Virus record (IMG/VR): IMGVR_UViG_3300042549_005931
Coordinates: 186,001-250,000 of that record
Length of the DNA stretch: 64,000 nucleotides
Direction: 5' to 3' (one strand)
Of this stretch, positions 18,830-25,866 are shown piece by piece; positions within the stretch are counted from its first letter, which is position 1; the number at the start of each line of letters is the position of its first letter. Below the pieces are notes generated by a model, which worked only from the letters and a program-made list of their open reading frames with translations, was not told where the DNA came from and made no database searches. A program made the translations under genes and the position numbers.

Positions 18830-19215
18830 GTGACGACTGTGGTGTAACCCCACGGTATATGAAATCCAAAATGGTCCTGTTGAAGCCGGAATAGTCATAC
18901 AGGTCAGGAGAGAGTTAGTATAAGTTGGGAGTAATTAACCAATTGACGAAAACTAATCACCAAGAAATTGGTCATGATGTCCAACGGGGATAATAAACTT
19001 GTTAATTTGTTAATTTAAGTTCTGGTGGGTTTTATTAAATAATTTTGTTTCATTTTAAACAATTTTAGTTATAAGGAAGTTGAAGAATTGTAACCACCAA
19101 CATAGAAATTAGATTAACAAAGTTTAATTACGGGAGGTGTCTCGTATAACTAATACAATCCCCTAATAGGGACTGATGTAAGATTAAGATTCTTACGACA
19201 CCGAACGTGATTGGA
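18830..19215 (+). ncRNA. unidentified ~390-nt structured RNA
   Basis: nested long-range stems, no ORF. Confidence 0.45.
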
Positions 19216-19224
19216 TTATTAACC

Positions 19225-19299
19225 GCCCCTATCGACAAGCGGTTAAGTCACGTCCCTTTCACGGATGAGTCACGGGTTCGATTCCCGTTGGGGGTACCA
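19225..19299 (+). tRNA. tRNA-Glu(TTC)
   Basis: cloverleaf, loop CTTTCAC, CCA encoded. Confidence 0.95.
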
Positions 19300-19310
19300 A
19301 AAGTTTTATT

Positions 19311-19559
19311 ATGTTAGAACAAATATTGGAGTACTTTGGGGAAGAAGAATTTCTTAAAGCGGACGGATTCGATGAAGCCGTTATTGGTGTTGAAGAAAGT
19401 TCGATGAGACTAATCTATTCAGTTACCAAATGTCTTGAGATATTGGTTACCAATGAAGAGATGTCATTAGAAGAAGCTATTGAGTATTTTGACTTTAATG
19501 TTAGAAGTGCTTATGTAGGTGATAAAACACCCATTTGGTGTGAGGATGGTTTTATGTAA
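19311..19559 (+). CDS. hypothetical phage protein
   Basis: ADGFDEAVIG...EAIEYFDFNV...AYVG motif typical of large phages. Confidence 0.7.
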   Translation: MLEQILEYFGEEEFLKADGFDEAVIGVEESSMRLIYSVTKCLEILVTNEEMSLEEAIEYFDFNVRSAYVGDKTPIWCEDGFM

Positions 19560-19560
19560 T

Positions 19561-19749
19561 ATGAAAAAAATAATATATCTACTAATTGTAATTTTTACAT
19601 TATCCGGTTGTTTTACTTATGTAAGAGAAACTGGTAGATTTTACCCACGTAATAGAAATTTACAACCAAACCATAGAATGGGTATTAACGGTTACCATTT
19701 AAGAAATCAATATTATTTTAGACATATTCAACCATTAAAAAAAAGATAA
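19561..19749 (+). CDS. small lipoprotein
   Basis: MKKIIYLLIVIFTLSGC lipobox from ATG 19561. Confidence 0.6.
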   Translation: MKKIIYLLIVIFTLSGCFTYVRETGRFYPRNRNLQPNHRMGINGYHLRNQYYFRHIQPLKKR

Positions 19750-19791
19750 AGGATTGATTTTCAACATTTTTATATTTATAATAAAAAAGAT

Positions 19792-20139
19792 ATGTTAGAC
19801 TTAAAAGAACTTTTAATTATGCTAGGATTGGCGGTTGGTGGACCATCACACAGTCAAGATATGACTTTTTATCGACAAAAATTATCTAATGAAATGGTTT
19901 TAGAACAAAAACTAAAAGAAGAAATTAAAGCCTTAGAATATAGAAAACTTTGGGACGATGTAAATCAAAAAGAAAATGCAGATTTTGCAGTTAGGTGGTT
20001 TAAAGATAAAAAATCGGAAGATAAATTAGGTAGTTCAAAAAAAGATTTAAATAACACAAGAAAAAAAATAAAAGTATTAAAAAATATCCTTGAAAAAGAT
20101 TCATTAGATAAGGTAGTACCTCAAACTCAGGTACTTTAA
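19792..20139 (+). CDS. hypothetical coiled-coil protein
   Basis: ORF preceded by TATTTATA. Confidence 0.6.
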   Translation: MLDLKELLIMLGLAVGGPSHSQDMTFYRQKLSNEMVLEQKLKEEIKALEYRKLWDDVNQKENADFAVRWFKDKKSEDKLGSSKKDLNNTRKKIKVLKNILEKDSLDKVVPQTQVL

Positions 20140-20178
20140 TTTATTTTCGGATATTTATATATTATAAAAACAAAAATT

Positions 20179-20601
20179 ATGAAAAAATTATTATTTATTT
20201 TCGCGTTAGTTCTTGGTTGTACTTTTAGTTCAACTGCTCAAGAATTGTTTGGTTCCGCAACTAACAAAGGTATGGACGGATACTTAACTGGTGGTTACAT
20301 CAAAAAAGGATGGGGTGCCTATGTTGGTTTTAGATATGATGCTGACCCTATGGTTAGTACTAAAACAGGTAGCTTTGATAAAACTATGAAATTTGGTGTT
20401 ATTCGTATGTTTGCGAGTGAGAAAATTATGATGGGTGTGGGAATCCAACCTGTCGATAATGTTAACAAACCAAATGTTTTTATTGGTTACGCACCATTAA
20501 AATCGGAAGGATTGAAGATATGGGTTATTGGTAATTTAGTAGGTTCTAATTTTACACCAGGTCTTGGTTTAACTTATAAATTATCACAAATTAATTTTTA
20601 A
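20179..20601 (+). CDS. small outer-membrane beta-barrel-like protein
   Basis: signal peptide, Gly/aromatic beta strands, terminal Phe. Confidence 0.55.
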   Translation: MKKLLFIFALVLGCTFSSTAQELFGSATNKGMDGYLTGGYIKKGWGAYVGFRYDADPMVSTKTGSFDKTMKFGVIRMFASEKIMMGVGIQPVDNVNKPNVFIGYAPLKSEGLKIWVIGNLVGSNFTPGLGLTYKLSQINF

Positions 20602-20627
20602 AAATTTACTATTAAATAAAACTTTTG

Positions 20628-20635
20628 TATATTTG
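20628..20635 (+). promoter_or_regulatory. Bacteroidota-type -7 promoter element for leader 2
   Basis: TATATTTG 18 nt before leader ATG. Confidence 0.6.
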
Positions 20636-20653
20636 TATATACTTATTAGAAAA

Positions 20654-20758
20654 ATGAAGAATTTATTAACAACAATATCGCTTAGTTTGAACCCGTCATA
20701 TAATGATAATGGGAGAGGCGTGCAGACGTTAATAAGTTCGGACCAAATATTAGGATAG
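20654..20758 (+). CDS. attenuator leader peptide 2 (MKNLLTTISLSLNPSYNDNGRGVQTLISSDQILG)
   Basis: 34-codon ORF; codons match tRNA array 2; ends GGA TAG TAA like leader 1. Confidence 0.8.
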   Translation: MKNLLTTISLSLNPSYNDNGRGVQTLISSDQILG

Positions 20759-20781
20759 TAAATAAAAAAACTAAAATAAAG

Positions 20782-20822
20782 AAACCCGAACGACTTAAAA
20801 AATTGTTCGGGTTTTTTGTTTT
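20782..20822 (+). terminator. attenuator terminator before tRNA array 2
   Basis: AAACCCGAACGA/TTGTTCGGGTTT + T tract; 5' arm complementary to GTTCGG at 20736-20741. Confidence 0.85.
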
Positions 20823-20902
20823 AATGAAACTTTTACATATATTTGTAAAACAGTTCATCACATAGGTGGTGAAAAATGTTCTTTGACATTGTGAGAAAAA
20901 AT

Positions 20903-20987
20903 GCTCGGGTGGTGTAATGGTAGCCACGAAGGACTTAAAATCCTTTGGACAGAAATGTCCGTGCCGGTTCGAGTCCGGCCCCGAGTA
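20903..20987 (+). tRNA. tRNA-Leu(TAA)
   Basis: type II cloverleaf, loop CTTAAAA. Confidence 0.95.
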
Positions 20988-20989
20988 CA

Positions 20990-21099
20990 AATGTAATGAC
21001 TTAGAAATAAGTGACGGAACAGACGCTATGTATGAAATGGAAACTTTCGAAACTCGTATAAAAGAGTGAATTAGACACAAACCGTACAGACATTACATT
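20990..21099 (+). ncRNA. unidentified structured RNA between tRNAs
   Basis: AATGTAATG/CATTACATT closing stem, ACTTA-GAAA-TAAGT hairpin, ACGG/CCGT. Confidence 0.5.
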
Positions 21100-21104
21100 A
21101 AATT

Positions 21105-21178
21105 GGTTCCGTAGCTCAGCTGGATAGAGCAACTCTCTTCTAAAGAGTAGGTCTTTGGTTCGAATCCAAACGGAATCA
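21105..21178 (+). tRNA. tRNA-Arg(TCT)
   Basis: cloverleaf, loop CTTCTAA. Confidence 0.95.
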
Positions 21179-21183
21179 CATAT

Positions 21184-21258
21184 AGAGTAATGGGCTAATT
21201 GGTAAGCCGCTACATTTGGGTTGTAGACATCATGGGGGTTCGAGTCCCTCTTATTCTA
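21184..21258 (+). tRNA. tRNA-Pro(TGG)
   Basis: cloverleaf, loop TTTGGGT. Confidence 0.88.
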
Positions 21259-21266
21259 CATTAAAT

Positions 21267-21351
21267 GGTTTCGTTGCCGTAGTGGCCGAACGGTCCAGAC
21301 TGTTAATCTGGTGAGTAACATCCATCGTAGGTTCGAATCCTACCGAGACCG
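21267..21351 (+). tRNA. tRNA-Asn(GTT) with long variable arm
   Basis: loop CTGTTAA, G73, ~15-nt variable region. Confidence 0.85.
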
Positions 21352-21403
21352 CTTGACTTTTTCGAATATTTTATGTATTTATTGTTAACTAAAAAAATTA
21401 ATA

Positions 21404-21943
21404 ATGGGTAAGTACTTCGAAAAAATTATAGATTTAAGAAATCAAGGAAAAACATATAAGGAAATATGTGTTGAATTAAACTGTGCAATGTCAACAGTGT
21501 CATATCACTGTAAGTTAAATAAATTGGGTGGCCACACTGATAGACTGACAGATGAAGATAAGGTAGAACTTCAAAAATTATACAATGAAGTTGGCAGTTT
21601 AAAAAAAGTGGCTAAATTAAAAGGTTATGCATTTCAAACTGTTCAAAAATATGTAACAATAAAAAATAGAACAAAAAAAGTTTCAAAATCCGAAGCGGTA
21701 ATAGAATGGAGAAAAAGAACTAAGATAAAATTAGTTGAATATAAAGGTGGTAAATGTCAAATTTGTGATTACAATAAATCATTCAATGCATTACATTTCC
21801 ATCATATTAACCCAAATGAAAAAGATTTTTCAATATCAGGTAAATCATTATCATTTGACAAATTAAAAACTGAGGTTGATAAATGTATTTTAGTATGTTC
21901 AAATTGTCATTCTGAAATACATGAAGGTTTAATAACATTATAA
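21404..21943 (+). CDS. HTH + HNH homing-endonuclease-like protein
   Basis: CQIC...FHHINP...C.LVCSNCHSEIH; N-terminal HTH motifs. Confidence 0.85.
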   Translation: MGKYFEKIIDLRNQGKTYKEICVELNCAMSTVSYHCKLNKLGGHTDRLTDEDKVELQKLYNEVGSLKKVAKLKGYAFQTVQKYVTIKNRTKKVSKSEAVIEWRKRTKIKLVEYKGGKCQICDYNKSFNALHFHHINPNEKDFSISGKSLSFDKLKTEVDKCILVCSNCHSEIHEGLITL

Positions 21944-21944
21944 C

Positions 21945-22020
21945 ACCCTTATGGACAAACGGCAAAGTCACTGGTTTTAGGCACCAGGTTTTATAGGTTC
22001 GAATCCTATTAGGGGTACCA
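21945..22020 (+). tRNA. tRNA-Leu(TAG) with short variable loop
   Basis: loop TTTAGGC, 5-nt variable loop, CCA encoded. Confidence 0.85.
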
Positions 22021-22037
22021 ACTAAATTTTTAATATT

Positions 22038-22157
22038 ATGGCAGTTACATCAAAAAGAGTTGCAAAGAAAGCTAGTAAAGCTTTAAGTAGTAAAAAAACG
22101 AGTAAAACAACTAAGACTCTTGCAGGTAGTGCATTGAGACAAAGAAGAAAAAAATAG
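22038..22157 (+). CDS. small basic protein (MAVTSKRVAKKASKALSSKKTSKTTKTLAGSALRQRRKK)
   Basis: 39-aa ORF between tRNAs; not in ORF track. Confidence 0.7.
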   Translation: MAVTSKRVAKKASKALSSKKTSKTTKTLAGSALRQRRKK

Positions 22158-22162
22158 TAATT

Positions 22163-22245
22163 GGGAGTGTTGAGCAACGGTTGCTTAGCAGACTGTAAAT
22201 CTGTGGTCTACGACATTGGCGGTTCGAATCCGTCCACTCCCACCA
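22163..22245 (+). tRNA. tRNA-Tyr(GTA)
   Basis: type II, loop CTGTAAA, CCA encoded. Confidence 0.92.
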
Positions 22246-22258
22246 AAACAAAAAAACT

Positions 22259-22819
22259 ATGGAATTCATTTACAGAAGAGAAAACGTATTATCAAAAGAA
22301 CAATGTGATGAGATAATACAAAAGTTTGAAGAGTCTGATTTTAAATTGGCAGGTATTACCGCATCAGGTGTTAACGAATCTATTAAAAAATCTACAGACC
22401 TTACATTTCATCATAATACTTTAGATGATGAAAAAATTAATAATCTTTGGGGTGATACTGTTCGTAAAATTGTTCGTGATTTAAATTATCACATGAACAA
22501 ATACAAGGAGGAAAATGAATACTTGAAATTTTTTAAAATAGAGATGGATTCATTCAACATTCAAAAGTACGAACCAAATGGTGGATTTTATACTTGGCAT
22601 TGTGAAACCATTCATTGTTTAGATAGAGTTACCGCTTGGATGATATATCTTAATGATGTTGATGATGGTGGTACTGAGTTTATGAAACAAAAACACACGG
22701 AGAAAGCTGAAGCGGGTAAGTTAATTATATGGCCAGCAGATTGGACACATGCACATCGAGGTCAGGTTAGCACTACCAAAACAAAATATATTTTAACAGG
22801 TTGGTTTAGTCAAAAGTAA
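22259..22819 (+). CDS. 2OG-Fe(II) oxygenase (prolyl-hydroxylase-like)
   Basis: WHCE, YLNDVDDGGTEF, THAHRG, KYILTGW. Confidence 0.85.
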   Translation: MEFIYRRENVLSKEQCDEIIQKFEESDFKLAGITASGVNESIKKSTDLTFHHNTLDDEKINNLWGDTVRKIVRDLNYHMNKYKEENEYLKFFKIEMDSFNIQKYEPNGGFYTWHCETIHCLDRVTAWMIYLNDVDDGGTEFMKQKHTEKAEAGKLIIWPADWTHAHRGQVSTTKTKYILTGWFSQK

Positions 22820-22820
22820 T

Positions 22821-23387
22821 ATGGAATTCATTTATAGAAAAGAAAATGCATTATCATTAGATTTATGTAATGATATAATTACTAAATTTAATGAATCTAA
22901 TTTACCTGAACCGGGTGTAGTAGGAAAAGGTGTAGTTGAAGAAATAAAAAAATCGATAGATTTATCTTTCCATGCCGATTCATTAAACACTAAAGAATTA
23001 CAAGATATATGGGGTCCACCATTGGGTGAAAGTATTCCAATTATTAATTCATGTGTTCAAGAATATTGTGATAAATTTGAATATTTGAAAATGATGAGTT
23101 CATTTAAAATGGAAGCTTTTAATATTCAAAAGTATGAACCGGGTGGTGGATTTTATACTTGGCATTGTGAAGCTACTTTAAAAATAAGACGTGTTGTTGT
23201 TTGGATGGTTTATTTAAACGATGTTGACGATGGAGGAACCGAATTTATACATCAAAACCATATCGAAAAAGCGGAAGCTGGTAAATTATTGTTGTGGCCG
23301 GTTGATTGGACACATGCACATAGAGGACAAATTAGTTATACCAAAACAAAATATATTTTAACAGGTTGGTATTCTATACCCCAATAA
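22821..23387 (+). CDS. 2OG-Fe(II) oxygenase, tandem paralog
   Basis: same motifs, high identity to previous gene. Confidence 0.85.
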   Translation: MEFIYRKENALSLDLCNDIITKFNESNLPEPGVVGKGVVEEIKKSIDLSFHADSLNTKELQDIWGPPLGESIPIINSCVQEYCDKFEYLKMMSSFKMEAFNIQKYEPGGGFYTWHCEATLKIRRVVVWMVYLNDVDDGGTEFIHQNHIEKAEAGKLLLWPVDWTHAHRGQISYTKTKYILTGWYSIPQ

Positions 23388-23434
23388 TCGTTGAAATATA
23401 CGATAACAGATTTTATCGTTAGATTAAACGATAT

Positions 23435-23508
23435 GGACTTATAGCTCAGATGGTTAGAGCAGGTCGCTCATAACGACAAGGTCACAGGTTCGAGCCCTGT
23501 TTGGTCCA
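23435..23508 (+). tRNA. tRNA-Ile2(CAT, lysidine type; reads ATA)
   Basis: loop CTCATAA; GGACTTATAGCTCAG body resembles Ile2 rather than Met. Confidence 0.75.
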
Positions 23509-23588
23509 CAAAAAGTGTCTTGGTATGCTCTGACGAAAGTCAACGACAAGGTCTCGGTAGGCAGAACGCGTCTGATTCTACCCAAAAC

Positions 23589-23662
23589 AGAAGATTAGCT
23601 CAGTTGGTTAGAGCATTTGGTTTACATCCAAAGGGTCATAGGTTCGAATCCTATATCTTCTA
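23589..23662 (+). tRNA. tRNA-Val(TAC)
   Basis: cloverleaf, loop TTTACAT. Confidence 0.92.
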
Positions 23663-23729
23663 CAGAAAACTGAGATAGGATATTATTGATATGGATACAA
23701 TTCCTGATAATATTGCTACTCAGTTGATT

Positions 23730-23805
23730 GCGAAAGTAGCTCAGTTGGTAGAGCATTACCTTGCCAAGGTAAGGGTCGCGAGTTCGAATCTCGTTTTTCG
23801 CTCCA
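23730..23805 (+). tRNA. tRNA-Gly(GCC)
   Basis: cloverleaf, loop TTGCCAA, CCA encoded. Confidence 0.95.
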
Positions 23806-23919
23806 TAAGGAGCTCCCGCTTTAAGGTGAAGGACACGCGGGCGAATAACTTTCAGGGTAAGTTGTAAAAGAACTCGAAACCTTAAGTCTAGTGTGGGAGA
23901 GACTCCTACCCACACACAA

Positions 23920-23991
23920 GCGAATATAGCACAGCGGTTAGTGCTCTGGTCTTCCAAACCGGAAACGACAGTTCGAATCTGTCTATTCGCT
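23920..23991 (+). tRNA. tRNA-Gly(TCC)
   Basis: cloverleaf, loop CTTCCAA. Confidence 0.93.
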
Positions 23992-24000
23992 CTATTAATC

Positions 24001-24073
24001 GGGATTGAGGTCAAACGGTTAAGATGTCGCCCTGTCACGGCGCACGGAGCGGGTTCAACTCCCGTCAGTCCCG
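24001..24073 (+). tRNA. tRNA-Asp(GTC)
   Basis: cloverleaf, loop CTGTCAC. Confidence 0.9.
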
Positions 24074-24076
24074 CAT

Positions 24077-24147
24077 TCCTCTATGGTGTAACGGTAACAC
24101 AACTGTTTTTGGTGCAGTTATTCATGGTTCGAATCCATGTAGGGGGT
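24077..24147 (+). tRNA. tRNA-Gln(TTG)
   Basis: cloverleaf, loop TTTTGGT. Confidence 0.92.
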
Positions 24148-24150
24148 CAA

Positions 24151-24347
24151 TGAGTAAGAGATACTCAGCAGTCTTTAATCCAAGACTCATTTAAAAATGG
24201 ATAGGATAATAGACTGGACATCCTTAAACGCCAGTCTCTTGGGAATAAAGCTGGAAAATCGTCCTTGCTCCCAGTAACGATTGACTTTTTAATGAGGGAT
24301 GCCTCGCAGGTTTTTCAAACAGCTAAATAACCGAAATAACTACTCAC
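24151..24347 (+). ncRNA. unidentified ~200-nt structured RNA
   Basis: TGAGTA/TACTCA ends, GACTGG/CCAGTC hairpin, potential pseudoknot AATCGT/ACGATT. Confidence 0.55.
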
Positions 24348-24372
24348 ATATAATCTCAATGTGGGGAAACAA

Positions 24373-24454
24373 GGAGAGGTGGACAATGGTCGTTGAGCGG
24401 TCTTGAAAACCGTCGGGTGTAAAAGCTTTGCAGGTTCGAATCCTGTCCTCTCCG
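24373..24454 (+). tRNA. tRNA-Ser(TGA)
   Basis: type II, loop CTTGAAA. Confidence 0.9.
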
Positions 24455-24511
24455 CACCCTACAATCCCATGTCGGCTCGAGTGGGTGAGAGTATAGGTAT
24501 CGGGCCCTTAT

Positions 24512-24600
24512 AGAGGGTTGGGTGAGTGGCTTAAACCAGCAGTTTGCTAAACTGCGGATGGGGTTAAACCTGTCCACCGGTTCGAATCCGGTATCCTCTA
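24512..24600 (+). tRNA. tRNA-Ser(GCT)
   Basis: type II, loop TTGCTAA. Confidence 0.93.
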
Positions 24601-24614
24601 CACTATTTATATGA

Positions 24615-24809
24615 ATGATATTACAACTTAATCCAACAATACCAATTATACGTGTAAGTGACGGAATGAAAGGTTACGCATTTATGGTTATCGATTATTC
24701 TCAAGAACATGATTTATATTTCACATGTGGAATGGATGATGGTGAAATTTGGACATTAAATAACAAAGAAATTAGGTTACAAAATAACATTACGTTAAAT
24801 AGAAATTAA
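24615..24809 (+). CDS. hypothetical protein
   Basis: 64-aa ORF MILQLNPTIP... Confidence 0.7.
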   Translation: MILQLNPTIPIIRVSDGMKGYAFMVIDYSQEHDLYFTCGMDDGEIWTLNNKEIRLQNNITLNRN

Positions 24810-24812
24810 CAT

Positions 24813-24964
24813 TGTAGTGTGACGAAATTGGCAGACGTACCCTCCTGTCTCGGGGGTGTGGAACAAGAAATAGATTGATAATATTAGGGGGTAGACCACC
24901 AGCTTGCAAGCGTCATGTTATCAGTTGAATCTCCACTTGAGTGGTTCGAATCCCTCCACTACAG
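24813..24964 (+). ncRNA. tRNA-like RNA (GTC loop) with ~80-nt variable arm
   Basis: TGTAGTG/CACTACA acceptor, D-arm, CCCTC-CTGTCTC-GGGGG arm, long paired insert, GGTTCGAATCC T-arm. Confidence 0.7.
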
Positions 24965-24966
24965 CT

Positions 24967-25812
24967 ATGAAAATATTATTTATTAACGATTTCCAAGGTG
25001 TTGATTATTTAAATGATACCATATTTCACGGTGGACGAAGTCTATTTGGTGAAAATTTTGTAGAATCAAATGATGCTTGGTACATGTATGATGATATAAC
25101 ACCACACACCAAAAGTTCATTATATGGTATGGGGTTTACTATTGCAGGTAAATTAAATAGGATATCTATCGACACCACTAATATTCTTGAAAAAATTAAA
25201 GATAGGTTTTTTGATTTAATAATTTATGGTTCAGTTCATAGAAATATTTCTTATTTTGATGAAGTAATCAAATCATATAAATCAAATGAAATTGTTTTTT
25301 TAGATGGTGAAGATGAAACATATTTTAATGAAAAAATAATTGGATATGGGGTTTATTTTAAAAGAGAATTAATCAAAGAAAGAGAATGTGTTTTACCAAT
25401 AAGTTTTAGTATTCCAAAAGAATTGATTAATATTAATACATGTAAAGAAAAAGTTTTAGCAATGCCTTCATCTTATGAAACGGGATATATTTTTAATAAA
25501 GAAAATGATTATTATGAAGAATATAAAAAATCATATTTTGCATTAACAAAAAAGAAAGGCGGATGGGATTGTTTAAGACATTATGAAATATTAATGAATG
25601 GTTGTTTACCATTGTTTCATAATTTACACGAATTACCCAAAAATATAATGATTCATTGGGATAAAAATTTGTTACAAGAATGCCTCAATCTATTTTGGGA
25701 ATTCAGATTAGATGAACAAAAATACATAAATTTAAAATCTCGAGTTGTTGATAATCTCCATAATAATTTAACAACTGAAAGTATGGTTAATTATATATTA
25801 TCAAAATTATGA
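24967..25812 (+). CDS. putative glycosyltransferase
   Basis: true start ATG 24967 (MKILFINDF); KKGGWDCLRHYEI...GC.P GT-B-like motif. Confidence 0.6.
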   Translation: MKILFINDFQGVDYLNDTIFHGGRSLFGENFVESNDAWYMYDDITPHTKSSLYGMGFTIAGKLNRISIDTTNILEKIKDRFFDLIIYGSVHRNISYFDEVIKSYKSNEIVFLDGEDETYFNEKIIGYGVYFKRELIKERECVLPISFSIPKELININTCKEKVLAMPSSYETGYIFNKENDYYEEYKKSYFALTKKKGGWDCLRHYEILMNGCLPLFHNLHELPKNIMIHWDKNLLQECLNLFWEFRLDEQKYINLKSRVVDNLHNNLTTESMVNYILSKL

Positions 25813-25866
25813 TAGGACACTACAGCTAAACCATTAAAATATTAATTGATAAAATGAAAAAATAAA

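Noticed and set aside
24904-24966. N-terminal extension of ORF 24904..25812
   Set aside because: Overlaps the tRNA-like RNA; ATG at 24967 is the plausible start.
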